Part shown: positions 1 to 9,490 of the stretch, piece after piece
Layout of the letters: each line of letters begins with the position of its first letter
How positions within the stretch are numbered: the first letter of the stretch is position 1
Origin: a virus
Taxonomy: Duplodnaviria > Caudoviricetes
Direction: 5' to 3' (one strand)
IMG/VR virus record: IMGVR_UViG_3300032323_001975
Coordinates: 1 to 60,727 of that record
Length of the DNA: 60,727 bases
Notes under the pieces: generated by a model
What the model was told of the DNA's origin: nothing
The model's input: the letters and a program-made list of their open reading frames with translations, nothing else
The model's database searches: none
Program-made: the position numbers and the translations under genes

Positions 1-141
1 AAAGGTGCCGCATTCAGTGATGTCAGAATAGACATGCGGGCATTTATGACAGGCATGCGGATTACTAGTTCTAGACCTAGCGCAGATAAAATGTTAAACT
101 TTAGTATCTACAAAAACGTAGATATTTTTAGACCTTTATAA
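1..141 (+). CDS. 3' end of an ORF, probably dihydrofolate reductase (partial)
   Basis: Frame 1 is open from base 1: KGAAFSDVRIDMRAFMTGMRITSSRPSADKMLNFSIYKNVDIFRPL, TAA at 139-141 abutting the thyA ATG. Position upstream of thyA and a weak G-x-x-x-x-D resemblance fit a DHFR C-terminus. Confidence 0.45.
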   Translation, partial: KGAAFSDVRIDMRAFMTGMRITSSRPSADKMLNFSIYKNVDIFRPL

Positions 142-1059
142 ATGGAACAACAATATTTAACGGCCTTGCGTGATGTATTGGAAACAGGCACACGCAGAAA
201 TGATCGTACGGGTGTAGGTACCATAAGCAAATTTGGTATGCAACAACGATATGATTTGAGCCAAGGCTTTCCTGCTGTAACTACTAAAAAACTTGCCTGG
301 AAGAGTGTGGTAGGCGAACTGTTGTGGATGATTGAAGGATCCGGAGATGAGCGTAGGCTCGCAGAAATTACTCACGGCACTCGAGACGGAACGGTAACTA
401 TCTGGACTCCAAATGCAATGGCTCCTTATTGGCGGCCTCGTGCTAAATTTGAAGGCGACCTCGGTCGTGTGTATGGTGTGCAATGGCGTCGCTGGCGCAC
501 TGTCAAACCCAGAGCTGCTGGCGGTACATTTAGAGACGACTTTGGTGTTACATATCGCAGGCAAGGCAACGATGTTGAAGTACGGGAAGTGGATCAACTA
601 AAACAGTTGATTGAAGGTATTCGATCTGATCCTTACGGTCGTAGGCACATACTAACTGCATGGAATCCCGGCGAGTTGGACCGTATGGCCTTGCCGCCGT
701 GTCATTGTTTTGCACAGTTTTATGTAGCAGATGGAAGGTTGTCGTGCCAGATGTACCAGCGTTCTTGTGATATGTTCTTGGGAGTTCCTTTTAACATAGC
801 AAGCTACAGTTTGCTGACACACATGATTGCTCATGTGTGCGGCCTCGATGTAGGCGAGTTTGTTCATGTACTCGGCGATGCACATATATATTTGGACCAT
901 GTAGATCAGGTAAAAGAACAGTTAAAGCGTGAGCCATTACCTGCTCCACGACTGCTATTAAGTCCAGGCATACAAGAAATCACAGAATTTACAATGGGCG
1001 ATATTGTGTTAGACGGATATCAATCGCATGACGCTATCAAGGCTCGAATGGCAGTATGA
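142..1059 (+). CDS. thyA: Thymidylate synthase (ThyA family)
   Basis: [29 protein letters not shown], catalytic MALPPCH, and [18 protein letters not shown] retaining the dUMP-specifying Asn. Confidence 0.97.
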   Translation: MEQQYLTALRDVLETGTRRNDRTGVGTISKFGMQQRYDLSQGFPAVTTKKLAWKSVVGELLWMIEGSGDERRLAEITHGTRDGTVTIWTPNAMAPYWRPRAKFEGDLGRVYGVQWRRWRTVKPRAAGGTFRDDFGVTYRRQGNDVEVREVDQLKQLIEGIRSDPYGRRHILTAWNPGELDRMALPPCHCFAQFYVADGRLSCQMYQRSCDMFLGVPFNIASYSLLTHMIAHVCGLDVGEFVHVLGDAHIYLDHVDQVKEQLKREPLPAPRLLLSPGIQEITEFTMGDIVLDGYQSHDAIKARMAV

Positions 1060-1286
1060 TACTGCATGAATTCCGTATGCCGGATGTGGAGGATCCTTAT
1101 CTGTATGCAGGATTCCCTATCGGAGAGTGGCAACAAACTGAACATGGTAAGTGGGTGATGGCAAATGTGACAGAACAACCTGTATTTCATGTCACACCAG
1201 ATCCAACTACAATGGGATATCGTGTTGTAATTACAGGCAAGCTCAGTCCTGAGGCAGAAACTTACTTTAGACTAAAATATCAATGA
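1056..1286 (+). CDS. Hypothetical protein
   Basis: 76-aa ORF joined by ATGA overlaps to both neighbours. Confidence 0.75.
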   Translation: MILHEFRMPDVEDPYLYAGFPIGEWQQTEHGKWVMANVTEQPVFHVTPDPTTMGYRVVITGKLSPEAETYFRLKYQ

Positions 1287-2263
1287 AAATATTTATAACA
1301 GGTGCTGGTGGATTCATTGGCCACAATGTTGTGCGTTTTTTTGAGCAACGTGGTATTGAATGTTTTGGTATTGACAATAGAACCACATACGGCTTTGTGC
1401 CGCAGGCAGAACTGGATTATCTTTTAAAAGAAAGATTTAAAAGAATACGTGCAGTGCCGCTTGTGGCTGATATCAGAAACACCGACGATATAAGAAGCAG
1501 AATAGGTATCTTCAACTGCGACACCGTGGTTCATCTGGCCAGTTTTCCAAGACAAAAGGTTGTCTCACAAAATCCGGTGGTTGCCAGTGAGGTCATGAGT
1601 ACTGGATTAATAAATCTATTGGAGGCAGCTCGATCAAACAAAATCAAAAGATTTGTGTATATAAGCTCTAGTATGGTGTATGGCGACTTTGAGTCAGATG
1701 TAACTGAGGATGCTGTATGTCGGCCAATTGGTCAATACGGCATCATGAAGTACATGGGCGAAAAACTGGTGGAAGACTATGCTCGCCAATATGGATTTGA
1801 ATATGTGATCATTCGACCCAGTGCTGTATATGGTGAATTAGACGTCGAGGATCGAGTGGTCAGCAAGTTCATGTTAGGCGCCATGAGCGGTGATGTATTA
1901 CGAGTAAAAGGTGCCAACGAAGTGCTGGACTTTACCTATGTACAGGATGCTGCCATGGGCATTGTGCAGGCTACCATAAGCACAAATAGTGCAAACAAGA
2001 TTTACAATATAACCCGCAGTGCAGAACAGCAATACACTCTTAAAGACGCAGCCGAACTGGCCATAAACATAGCAGGTCAAGGTAGCCTACAGATAGAAGA
2101 TAGAGACTTGGCCTTTCCCAAGCGTGGTAGATTGAACATTGATCGTGCGGTCAAAGACTTTGGGTATGCACCAACCACTAATGTGGAAGAAGGATTCGTG
2201 AAATACCACGAGTGGTTTAGATCCTCTACTTACTGGCAACAACGATTAGGAATTCAAAAATGA
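1283..2263 (+). CDS. NAD-dependent nucleotide-sugar epimerase/dehydratase (extended SDR)
   Basis: GAGGFIG Rossmann motif, HLAS, SSSMVYG, YGIMK (YxxxK), RPSAVYG, DFTYV. Confidence 0.93.
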   Translation: MKIFITGAGGFIGHNVVRFFEQRGIECFGIDNRTTYGFVPQAELDYLLKERFKRIRAVPLVADIRNTDDIRSRIGIFNCDTVVHLASFPRQKVVSQNPVVASEVMSTGLINLLEAARSNKIKRFVYISSSMVYGDFESDVTEDAVCRPIGQYGIMKYMGEKLVEDYARQYGFEYVIIRPSAVYGELDVEDRVVSKFMLGAMSGDVLRVKGANEVLDFTYVQDAAMGIVQATISTNSANKIYNITRSAEQQYTLKDAAELAINIAGQGSLQIEDRDLAFPKRGRLNIDRAVKDFGYAPTTNVEEGFVKYHEWFRSSTYWQQRLGIQK

Positions 2264-2853
2264 CAAACGAGACATATGATTGGTGGTTAAAAATGTCAGA
2301 GCTGGAATTCTATGCCTGGTATGATAATATTTTTACTAACGAAGAACTAGACTTTATAGAAAATATTGTAAGCGATCCAGATTTATTCACAGCTAAAATA
2401 AACACCAATAGTAACACAGATTTATCAGTTAGAAACAGTAATATACAATTTATATCTTCGAATGATCCAAATAATAAATGGATTTTTGAAAGACTAACTG
2501 GCTTAATTAATAGTGCCAACGAAAGATATTTTAATTTTGATTTAAATCGAATTGAAACTTTACAATATACAGTTTATAATGAAGGTCAATTTTATAAAGA
2601 TCATATTGATTTAGGCTATATTAATCCAAATAAAGCTGTAAGAAAACTAAGTTTTACATTGCAACTAACTGACCCAAGTGAATACGAAGGCGGTGAATTA
2701 TTGATAAAATGTGGATCAGAACCACAAGTAGGAAAAAAAGCAAGAGGTAGTATTACCTTCTTTCCCTCGTATATATTGCATGAAGTTACTAAAGTTACTA
2801 AAGGAACACGTAAAAGTATTGTTGGATGGGTAACAGGTCCAAGCTGGAGATGA
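2260..2853 (+). CDS. 2OG-Fe(II) oxygenase (prolyl-hydroxylase/PKHD-like)
   Basis: HID (HxD), RKLS, YEGGEL, FPS..LHEVT, GTRKSIVGW. Confidence 0.92.
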   Translation: MTNETYDWWLKMSELEFYAWYDNIFTNEELDFIENIVSDPDLFTAKINTNSNTDLSVRNSNIQFISSNDPNNKWIFERLTGLINSANERYFNFDLNRIETLQYTVYNEGQFYKDHIDLGYINPNKAVRKLSFTLQLTDPSEYEGGELLIKCGSEPQVGKKARGSITFFPSYILHEVTKVTKGTRKSIVGWVTGPSWR

Positions 2854-3950
2854 GTATTATTCCTTTCTTTGGCATACACCGGCAATATCAAAATCTACGA
2901 GAAGAAATATTAGACATTACTGACAGAGTGTATTCTACTGGCCGTGTGTTGGACGGCGAATACACTAGAGAATTTGAAAATAAGATAGCACGACGCTGTC
3001 ACCGACAATATGCATTATCGGTAAATTCAGGTACGCAAGCTTTAATATTTTCACAAAAGGCGACTATGGTTAGACCGCCTTATTCTGTATTAATCCCAAC
3101 AATTAGTTTTGTAGCTACCATTAATAGCGTATTAATGAATGAATTTACGCCGGTTTTTTGTGATGTAGATTACAAAGGTTTGATTGATCTAGAATCGTTT
3201 GAATACAAATTAGACGATAGTGTTGGTGCTATAATGTATGTAAATTTATTTGGTAACTGTGTTGACTGGAACAGATTCCAATTACAGACAAGATTTTTTA
3301 ACGATGATTTAATTGTTATCGAAGACGCTGCCCAAAGTTTTGGTGCAAGTTATAACGGTGTGCCTAGCGGCAAGATGGGAGACATTAGTGTGTTAAGTTT
3401 TGATCCTACTAAGAACTTAAACAACTATGGATCCGGCGGTATGATACTAACTGATGATTTTCATCTATATGAAACTTGTCGTGCCCTAAGAGACAACGGT
3501 AAAATTGTACACGATCGACCGGGTACTAACAGTAAGATGAGTGAAGCAGACTGTGCTCAAATGACAGTTAAACTAGGACACTTTGATGCTTGGCAGCGAC
3601 GGCGCACAGAGATAGCCAACTACTACATCGATCGCCTATACCCTTATGTAGACATCCTTGCACCAAACGAAGGTGTAGAACATGCTTGGCATAAGTTTGT
3701 TATTAGAACCGATCATAGAAATAGTCTCATGCACCGTTTAAGTCTAGATGGAATTGAAACTAAGATACACTACGAGTACGCACTATACGATCTAGGTGTA
3801 GGCTTTAATTATGTAGATTACAGCCGCGATTTATATACAGAAACCTCGGCTTTTACCAGAGAATGTGTTAGTTTACCTATCTACCCTGAACTATCTGATG
3901 AAGAAGTAGAAACTGTAGCGGAGAGTATTATAAGATATATAGAAAAATAA
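2850..3950 (+). CDS. DegT/DnrJ/EryC1/StrS PLP-dependent sugar aminotransferase
   Basis: NSGTQAL, PTISFVAT, EDAAQSFGA, SFDPTKNL (PLP lysine), GSGGMI, SLPIYP. Start moved to ATG 2850, which forms an ATGA overlap with the upstream stop. Confidence 0.93.
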   Translation: MSIIPFFGIHRQYQNLREEILDITDRVYSTGRVLDGEYTREFENKIARRCHRQYALSVNSGTQALIFSQKATMVRPPYSVLIPTISFVATINSVLMNEFTPVFCDVDYKGLIDLESFEYKLDDSVGAIMYVNLFGNCVDWNRFQLQTRFFNDDLIVIEDAAQSFGASYNGVPSGKMGDISVLSFDPTKNLNNYGSGGMILTDDFHLYETCRALRDNGKIVHDRPGTNSKMSEADCAQMTVKLGHFDAWQRRRTEIANYYIDRLYPYVDILAPNEGVEHAWHKFVIRTDHRNSLMHRLSLDGIETKIHYEYALYDLGVGFNYVDYSRDLYTETSAFTRECVSLPIYPELSDEEVETVAESIIRYIEK

Positions 3951-3980
3951 ATAAGTTTCTTGCTATGATAATCTTATAAA

Positions 3981-4994
3981 ATGTACAATTATGATTTACA
4001 ATCAAAATTACATGATATTAAAAGTGTAATAAATTTTTCTTTTTTGCCCCTATTAGCAGAAGCTACAAAAAAACATTATGTTTGTATACTTTACCGTGAA
4101 AAACTAGAGAATAATATCTATGAAAGTTTCATTAAAGAAATAAACGAAAATAATTTTGATGCCGTTATAATCGTAACTGATCATTGTCATGTTGGAACAC
4201 TGAATTATCCCCTCTGTCATTTTTCTGCCCCTTGTTTCATTCTATCGCCTGTCGATGAAAATTGTTCTACTATTACCTTTCCTTACTGGTTGATTGCTTA
4301 CCCTAAATATTATAATATCAATACCGAAACATCTTGTAATTTTTTCGAAAAACAATATATTTTTTCTTGCCTGTCTTATAGATATCGTGCGATTAGAGCA
4401 GCTAATTTAATTAAATTACACAAAAGCACTTTCTGGAAGCAATCTTTAATTTCTTTTAATAATATACCACAAGGAGACACAGCGTCTGATTGTATTAATG
4501 ATTATATAGAAAATGGTCAATCTTATTTTGAAGAAAATTTAAAGTGCCAGTTGCCATTGGCGCCTATAAAAAATAACATTGAAAATTTATTAGATTATAC
4601 CAATCCTGCTTACCTCAACAGTTATGTGAATATTGTTTTGGAACATACAATTAATTACGCAATGTTTACAGAAAAAACAATTAAATGTTTATTAGCAGAA
4701 CAAATCTTTGTAATATTTGGCGGCGTTGGTATAATATCTCTATTAGAGAAATATGGTTTTGATGTTTACAGAGACATCATTGATCACTCTAAATACGAAA
4801 ATACAGTCGATCCATCAATACGTCTTAAAAATTTATATGTCTTGTTAGAGGAAATAAAACATTACAACTGGGAACATATATACCAAAAAACTAGTCTAAG
4901 ACGAGAAAGAAATAAAAAATTATTGTTAGGGAATGATCTAAAAATTTATTTTGATCAGATAATTTTTAACTCTTTACCGAATATAAATTCTTAA
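3981..4994 (+). CDS. Putative glycosyltransferase (GT10-like C-terminal TEK domain), paralog 1
   Basis: VNIVLEH..FTEKTIK.LLAEQIFVIFG..LEKYGFD motif shared with three other ORFs in the window; resembles the GT10 E..YxTEK motif. Confidence 0.55.
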   Translation: MYNYDLQSKLHDIKSVINFSFLPLLAEATKKHYVCILYREKLENNIYESFIKEINENNFDAVIIVTDHCHVGTLNYPLCHFSAPCFILSPVDENCSTITFPYWLIAYPKYYNINTETSCNFFEKQYIFSCLSYRYRAIRAANLIKLHKSTFWKQSLISFNNIPQGDTASDCINDYIENGQSYFEENLKCQLPLAPIKNNIENLLDYTNPAYLNSYVNIVLEHTINYAMFTEKTIKCLLAEQIFVIFGGVGIISLLEKYGFDVYRDIIDHSKYENTVDPSIRLKNLYVLLEEIKHYNWEHIYQKTSLRRERNKKLLLGNDLKIYFDQIIFNSLPNINS

Positions 4995-7584
4995 ATCTAT
5001 CCTGTAACCACGCCCATTCAAACGATAACATCAACCGATCGTAATCAGCTGAAACTTCCTTGTAGTAACTGACCGCATCAGCAGCACCACGCAAGCACCA
5101 TTCAGCATGGTCTCCCAAAGCCACTGTTAGCCAGGTATCTAGTCTATATTCAGTTTCTAATGTAGGCTGTGTAGCCATAAAGTGTTTTAACTTGACCACT
5201 TCTCTAAATGCTGTACGCCAGGTAGTCCACGGATCTTGATTAAATTGTGCCGTGCCACTTAATAATGGCACACTTTCGTGTGGTTGACTTAATGTGAAGT
5301 CAATTCCCGGGTTGTTGTTTGCTAGTACTAACTTTTTATTGTAAGCAATCATGCCTTGGTGCCCATATTCTAATCCATTTACTGGATTACGTGCATTAAA
5401 GATGTAATGTTTGGGCTCTTGCCAATAATCTGGATACCAAGTTTCCCAGGGAAAAGAACTACCTACTACTTGTAGTTTAGCGAATACAGCAAAAAACCAT
5501 GGTGTACTGCTGATACGAGCAGCCTCTTGATATGCTGCTACACGGCCATCGATACCTCGTACCCATTTGACTGATCTATTGACCATGTATTCGGTATGAT
5601 GAAACATCAGTTCTTCATCAGGTTCTCCGTTACTAATAAACACAATGTCTAGCGGTTGTGATTTATGTAATACCATGCTTTCCTTATTAATATATGGATA
5701 ATCATACACCTGTGTTTTAAGGTAAGTCTTTACATCTCTAGGTATCAATGCGGTACCGTGGGTAGTAGATAATGGTTCTGCAACTCTATCCTTGGCACTC
5801 CATAGACAAGGACTAGGCGTATCACATGGGGTCTCATCTTGTTTATTAACAAAGATAGCATACGGAAAGTCAAAACTAGTAGACTTAATTATATCTACAA
5901 TAGTATCGTCATCATATAAAATTTCTGGTACTTGGTATCTTGAAACTGTTTGATCTTGGCAGTAATTTATAACATTGAACCAATCAAGTATTTCTAGTTC
6001 ATACATTTGTTTTTTAAATGATTCTACATGTATGTAAAAAGTATCTCCTCGTTTTTGTGTGCCGCTAGGAAACACATGAATCATTTCTGATTGCCATGCT
6101 TCCGGATGCCAAGTAAAATCAAATTGTCTATAATCACAAATGCTGTTAATAATCCACACATATTCTGTATCGGCTGTGGACATTATACGTTTTAATGTAT
6201 CTAAGTAGTTGTCAACAAATCTAGTTATTTTAATCTTAGGATATTCTTTTTGTAGTATTGCAAATTGATTAGTTACGTTATTATGATCAACGTAGTATAT
6301 ATTATTACCATCGCTACCAGCGTGGACTTGTTGATTACTGACAAAATTAAGATTAGGAAATTCTTCTATACCTTTTGCCCATTTGTTGTGTCTTTCAAAC
6401 TCCCAACGATTAATAAGAAACGTATCAGACCATTTATTCCACTGGCTAGGAAATATATGTGTCATTGTATGTTGCCAAGGATCTGGTTGCCAATCAAAGT
6501 CAAATTGTGTGTAATTGTTTTTACTACTAACTACCCAAAAGCGAGCAGTCTTTGATCTAGTACAACATCTTGTAATAGTATCCATTATACTATTTGCATA
6601 ACGAATCTTTTGTATGTGCGGATATCGTTCTTTAAGTATTTCGTATCTAGTTATGCTGTTTGGATTACTGTAGTCTACGTAAAAAATATCTAGTGTAGAT
6701 AATTTTGCACGTATATCTCCAACAAACTTTCTTTCTGTTGCACCAGATACATGGTATTCGATTGTACTACTGCGTTCCCCTTCCCAGTGTTGATTGCCAA
6801 ACACATAGATATAAGGAGGATCATGCGGATCCGGGCACCAAGAGAAATCAAACTCTACTGGTACATCACTGTTAACTCGCCAATTATCTTGTGTTGCAGG
6901 TAGTTTAGCGTGTGGTTCATATAGATATTTCCGTTTTGTAGCACCTTCTACATGATATTCTACCGTAGGCATTTGTTCCGGACCATACCATTGATTCCCA
7001 AATATATAGATATAAGGTGGGTCTTTGGGGTGAGGGTTCCACGACCAATCAAAATGTTCAACATCAGTTAATACAATAAAATTTTTTTTATTTTCTTTAT
7101 ATTCAGCTTGCAGATTGTGAATGTATTTTGTATGTATGGCTCCATTAATTTTATAAACAGGACCCCCTTCGGGATAAAGCTTAGTTGCAAATTCATAATT
7201 AAAAATTGGATCAGTAGAGTCAGGATGCCAACTAAAATCAAATTTATTTTTGTTTATATTGTTGGGTACTGTCCAATTGTTATAATTGGGTAGCCTGCGT
7301 ATTTTTTGATCATTTCTAAAATTATAAATCTTTTTACTCACATGGTGTTTGTGAGCAAGAAATACATCCCCACATTTTTGCCATTGACTTGGCCAAATAT
7401 GTATATGATCACTTTCCCATGGTGGTGGAATAAAATCAAAATTAAAATTGGTATAATCATTACCACCATAAATAAACCAAAAGTAAGCAGTTTTACTTAA
7501 CTCTGCAGCCGTACTAATATCCTTAGCCTCTTTCTCGTGTGCAAATAAATTTGGTTTATTTCCAAAATAAAAAACATCAAACAT
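4966..7584 (-). CDS. Multi-module protein built from degenerate GT-A-like repeats
   Basis: Four copies of a D(I/V)F..(S/A)xT..(F/V)W..F(D/N)F.W.P..W module; the C-terminal module aligns with the 21412-22311 protein (ARNPVNGLEYG vs ARNVINGLRYG; WRTAFRE.VK vs WRAGFREGVK). Confidence 0.7.
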   Translation of the reverse strand: MFDVFYFGNKPNLFAHEKEAKDISTAAELSKTAYFWFIYGGNDYTNFNFDFIPPPWESDHIHIWPSQWQKCGDVFLAHKHHVSKKIYNFRNDQKIRRLPNYNNWTVPNNINKNKFDFSWHPDSTDPIFNYEFATKLYPEGGPVYKINGAIHTKYIHNLQAEYKENKKNFIVLTDVEHFDWSWNPHPKDPPYIYIFGNQWYGPEQMPTVEYHVEGATKRKYLYEPHAKLPATQDNWRVNSDVPVEFDFSWCPDPHDPPYIYVFGNQHWEGERSSTIEYHVSGATERKFVGDIRAKLSTLDIFYVDYSNPNSITRYEILKERYPHIQKIRYANSIMDTITRCCTRSKTARFWVVSSKNNYTQFDFDWQPDPWQHTMTHIFPSQWNKWSDTFLINRWEFERHNKWAKGIEEFPNLNFVSNQQVHAGSDGNNIYYVDHNNVTNQFAILQKEYPKIKITRFVDNYLDTLKRIMSTADTEYVWIINSICDYRQFDFTWHPEAWQSEMIHVFPSGTQKRGDTFYIHVESFKKQMYELEILDWFNVINYCQDQTVSRYQVPEILYDDDTIVDIIKSTSFDFPYAIFVNKQDETPCDTPSPCLWSAKDRVAEPLSTTHGTALIPRDVKTYLKTQVYDYPYINKESMVLHKSQPLDIVFISNGEPDEELMFHHTEYMVNRSVKWVRGIDGRVAAYQEAARISSTPWFFAVFAKLQVVGSSFPWETWYPDYWQEPKHYIFNARNPVNGLEYGHQGMIAYNKKLVLANNNPGIDFTLSQPHESVPLLSGTAQFNQDPWTTWRTAFREVVKLKHFMATQPTLETEYRLDTWLTVALGDHAEWCLRGAADAVSYYKEVSADYDRLMLSFEWAWLQDRFKNLYSVKS
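6720..7245 (-). repeat. Three ~60-aa internal protein repeats
   Basis: FDFSWHPDSTDP..YKINGA; FDWSWNPHPKDPPYIYIFGNQW..EYHVEGATKRKY; FDFSWCPDPHDPPYIYVFGNQH..EYHVSGATERKF. Boundaries approximate. Confidence 0.8.
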
Positions 7585-8680
7585 GTATAATATCCATCAT
7601 CATTACGATAACATTGCAGCTTATCTAAAAACTATAACTTCAGAATTTGCATTAGCTTATTTTTTACCCTTTGGCTCAACAAAATATGAAAATATAGAAA
7701 GAATATTTAACGGTCACCGAGGACCAATAGTGCTATGTTATGATCAAGAACCACTGCTTTTTGAATATAACAAAACTCTTTTTGATAAATTTTTCCAAAA
7801 CAAAATGCAGGAACGTCCTGTTATATTACTTAATACAGAAAAAACTAGTGAAGAAAAAAATTTAATACTTAAACGATATAATTTTTTTGAGGCCAGTTGT
7901 TTCTTTCATATTTTCGCAGCTTCAGATTGGTACAGAGGTTATCAATATGATTATAACATCAAACCTTTAAAAGATCGAGAGATAACTCATCTATACATCT
8001 CATTTAATAGAATCACAGGAAGTGCTAGAAGTTATAGAACATTATTTGTAGCAGAACTCCTTAAAAATTCTTTACTGGACAAAGGTCATTTAAGTTTCAA
8101 CTTTATTTGTCCTGAACATGGATCTTCATTAGCCAACTTAGAATTGTTAGTCAATTCATATAATGTTGATTATTCTTATGTAAAAGAAATAACTAATTTT
8201 GTACCAACTAAAAATTTTAAAATAGAAACATTGGACGAAATTCCAAACGGAAGTTCTTACATTGGTGCATTACCGCAAACTATGCAAAGTTTTTGTCAAG
8301 TAGTTACTGAAACTTGTTTTTGGGAAAATAAAACTCATTTAACAGAAAAAATATTTAAACCAATTGTGTGTAAGCAACCATTTTTATTGTTAGGTTGTAC
8401 AAATAATTTAAAATATTTAAAAAGCTATGGATTTAAAACTTTTGACAAATGGTGGGACGAAAGCTATGATTCAATTGAAAATCCTATAGAAAGAATACAA
8501 ACTGTTGTTTCGATTCTTAAAAAATTATCTTCATTGACAAATAATCAGCTGAAAGAATTATTGTTAGAAATGGAAGATACATTAGAGTACAATTTTAATT
8601 TATTTTATAGTCAAAACTTGCTTAATAAAGGTTGGGAAGAATTAGAATCTAATCTTCAGTTTGCAATTTCTCAATTGTGA
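7583..8680 (+). CDS. Putative glycosyltransferase (GT10-like), paralog 2
   Basis: SFNR..R..R, QVVTET..HLTEKIFKPIVCKQPFLLLG..LKSYGFKTFDKWWDESYD. Confidence 0.6.
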   Translation: MYNIHHHYDNIAAYLKTITSEFALAYFLPFGSTKYENIERIFNGHRGPIVLCYDQEPLLFEYNKTLFDKFFQNKMQERPVILLNTEKTSEEKNLILKRYNFFEASCFFHIFAASDWYRGYQYDYNIKPLKDREITHLYISFNRITGSARSYRTLFVAELLKNSLLDKGHLSFNFICPEHGSSLANLELLVNSYNVDYSYVKEITNFVPTKNFKIETLDEIPNGSSYIGALPQTMQSFCQVVTETCFWENKTHLTEKIFKPIVCKQPFLLLGCTNNLKYLKSYGFKTFDKWWDESYDSIENPIERIQTVVSILKKLSSLTNNQLKELLLEMEDTLEYNFNLFYSQNLLNKGWEELESNLQFAISQL

Positions 8681-9077
8681 CACCAGACTTTTCTAGAAAC
8701 TCTACTCCCTCCACAGATCTATACTCATCTTTATATATAACATGATTTATTCCAGACTGATAGATCAATTTTGCACACTCAATACACGGAGCATGAGTAA
8801 TGAACATATAGGCACCGTTGCCGGATTCTGTTGAACGTGCTAATTTAGAGATAGCATTCATCTCGGCGTGTAATACCTCCGGTTTAGTTTTTAAACTACC
8901 ATCCTCGGATGTATCTTCGCAAATATTACTCCAGCCAGCTGGCATTCCGTTATAACCAATTGAAATAATTCTATCATCTTTGACAATTATACAACCAACT
9001 TTTAATCGTCGAGCATGACTTAATTCTGCAAAAGTTTGTGCAGTCTTTATGTAAGCTTGTTTAAATTTTTCTTTCAT
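8649..9077 (-). CDS. dCMP deaminase
   Basis: RLKVGCIIV, IGYNG.PAG, Zn-binding HAEMNAI and PCIEC. Confidence 0.93.
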   Translation of the reverse strand: MKEKFKQAYIKTAQTFAELSHARRLKVGCIIVKDDRIISIGYNGMPAGWSNICEDTSEDGSLKTKPEVLHAEMNAISKLARSTESGNGAYMFITHAPCIECAKLIYQSGINHVIYKDEYRSVEGVEFLEKSGVTIEKLQTED

Positions 9078-9490
9078 TGTGCAATTATTTGTTCATAAAT
9101 TGTTCGTGCCCATCGTCCTGCATCTTGTTCAGTCACTCTGATATTGTAATAATCAGGCGCAACAAATACTTGATTGGTATCTTCAAATCTACCTTCAGTC
9201 ACGGTATCTACCCAAACAATAAAATGCGGATCGTAGATTCCTCGCATTTCTGGTAAAGGACAAACAAAGTCTGCTATAACGTATTTTGTCCCTGCACGGT
9301 CGGCTAACTGTCTCATTCTACGACTTTGTCGTAATCTGCCGTCGGGACTAAAATCCCAATCGTTATATTTTTTTCTTACCTCATCAGCATTAAGCCAGAT
9401 TACATCAGGATTTAAATAGTTCATTAAATTACGAGCAATCGTAGTTTTACCTGCACCTGGTAAACCCATAATTAAAATACGTTTGGTCAT
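9074..9490 (-). CDS. cysC: Adenylylsulfate (APS) kinase-like P-loop kinase, short form
   Basis: GLPGAGKTT P-loop, NADEVR, DFS..GR..Q..RM, DFVCP; these match CysC N-terminal motifs (DGDxxR, FSxxDR). Confidence 0.7.
   Translation of the reverse strand: MTKRILIMGLPGAGKTTIARNLMNYLNPDVIWLNADEVRKKYNDWDFSPDGRLRQSRRMRQLADRAGTKYVIADFVCPLPEMRGIYDPHFIVWVDTVTEGRFEDTNQVFVAPDYYNIRVTEQDAGRWARTIYEQIIAQ

Noticed and set aside
142-1059. ThyA as a dCMP hydroxymethylase, or as an intron-containing td gene
   Set aside because: PFNIASY keeps Asn (Asp in dCMP-modifying enzymes). The ORF is continuous, and the ~25-aa insertion after YGVQWR is in frame in a variable loop.
3948-3953. TAAATA late promoter upstream of 3981
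   Set aside because: It overlaps a stop codon in very AT-rich sequence and lacks the upstream element, so it cannot be told from chance.
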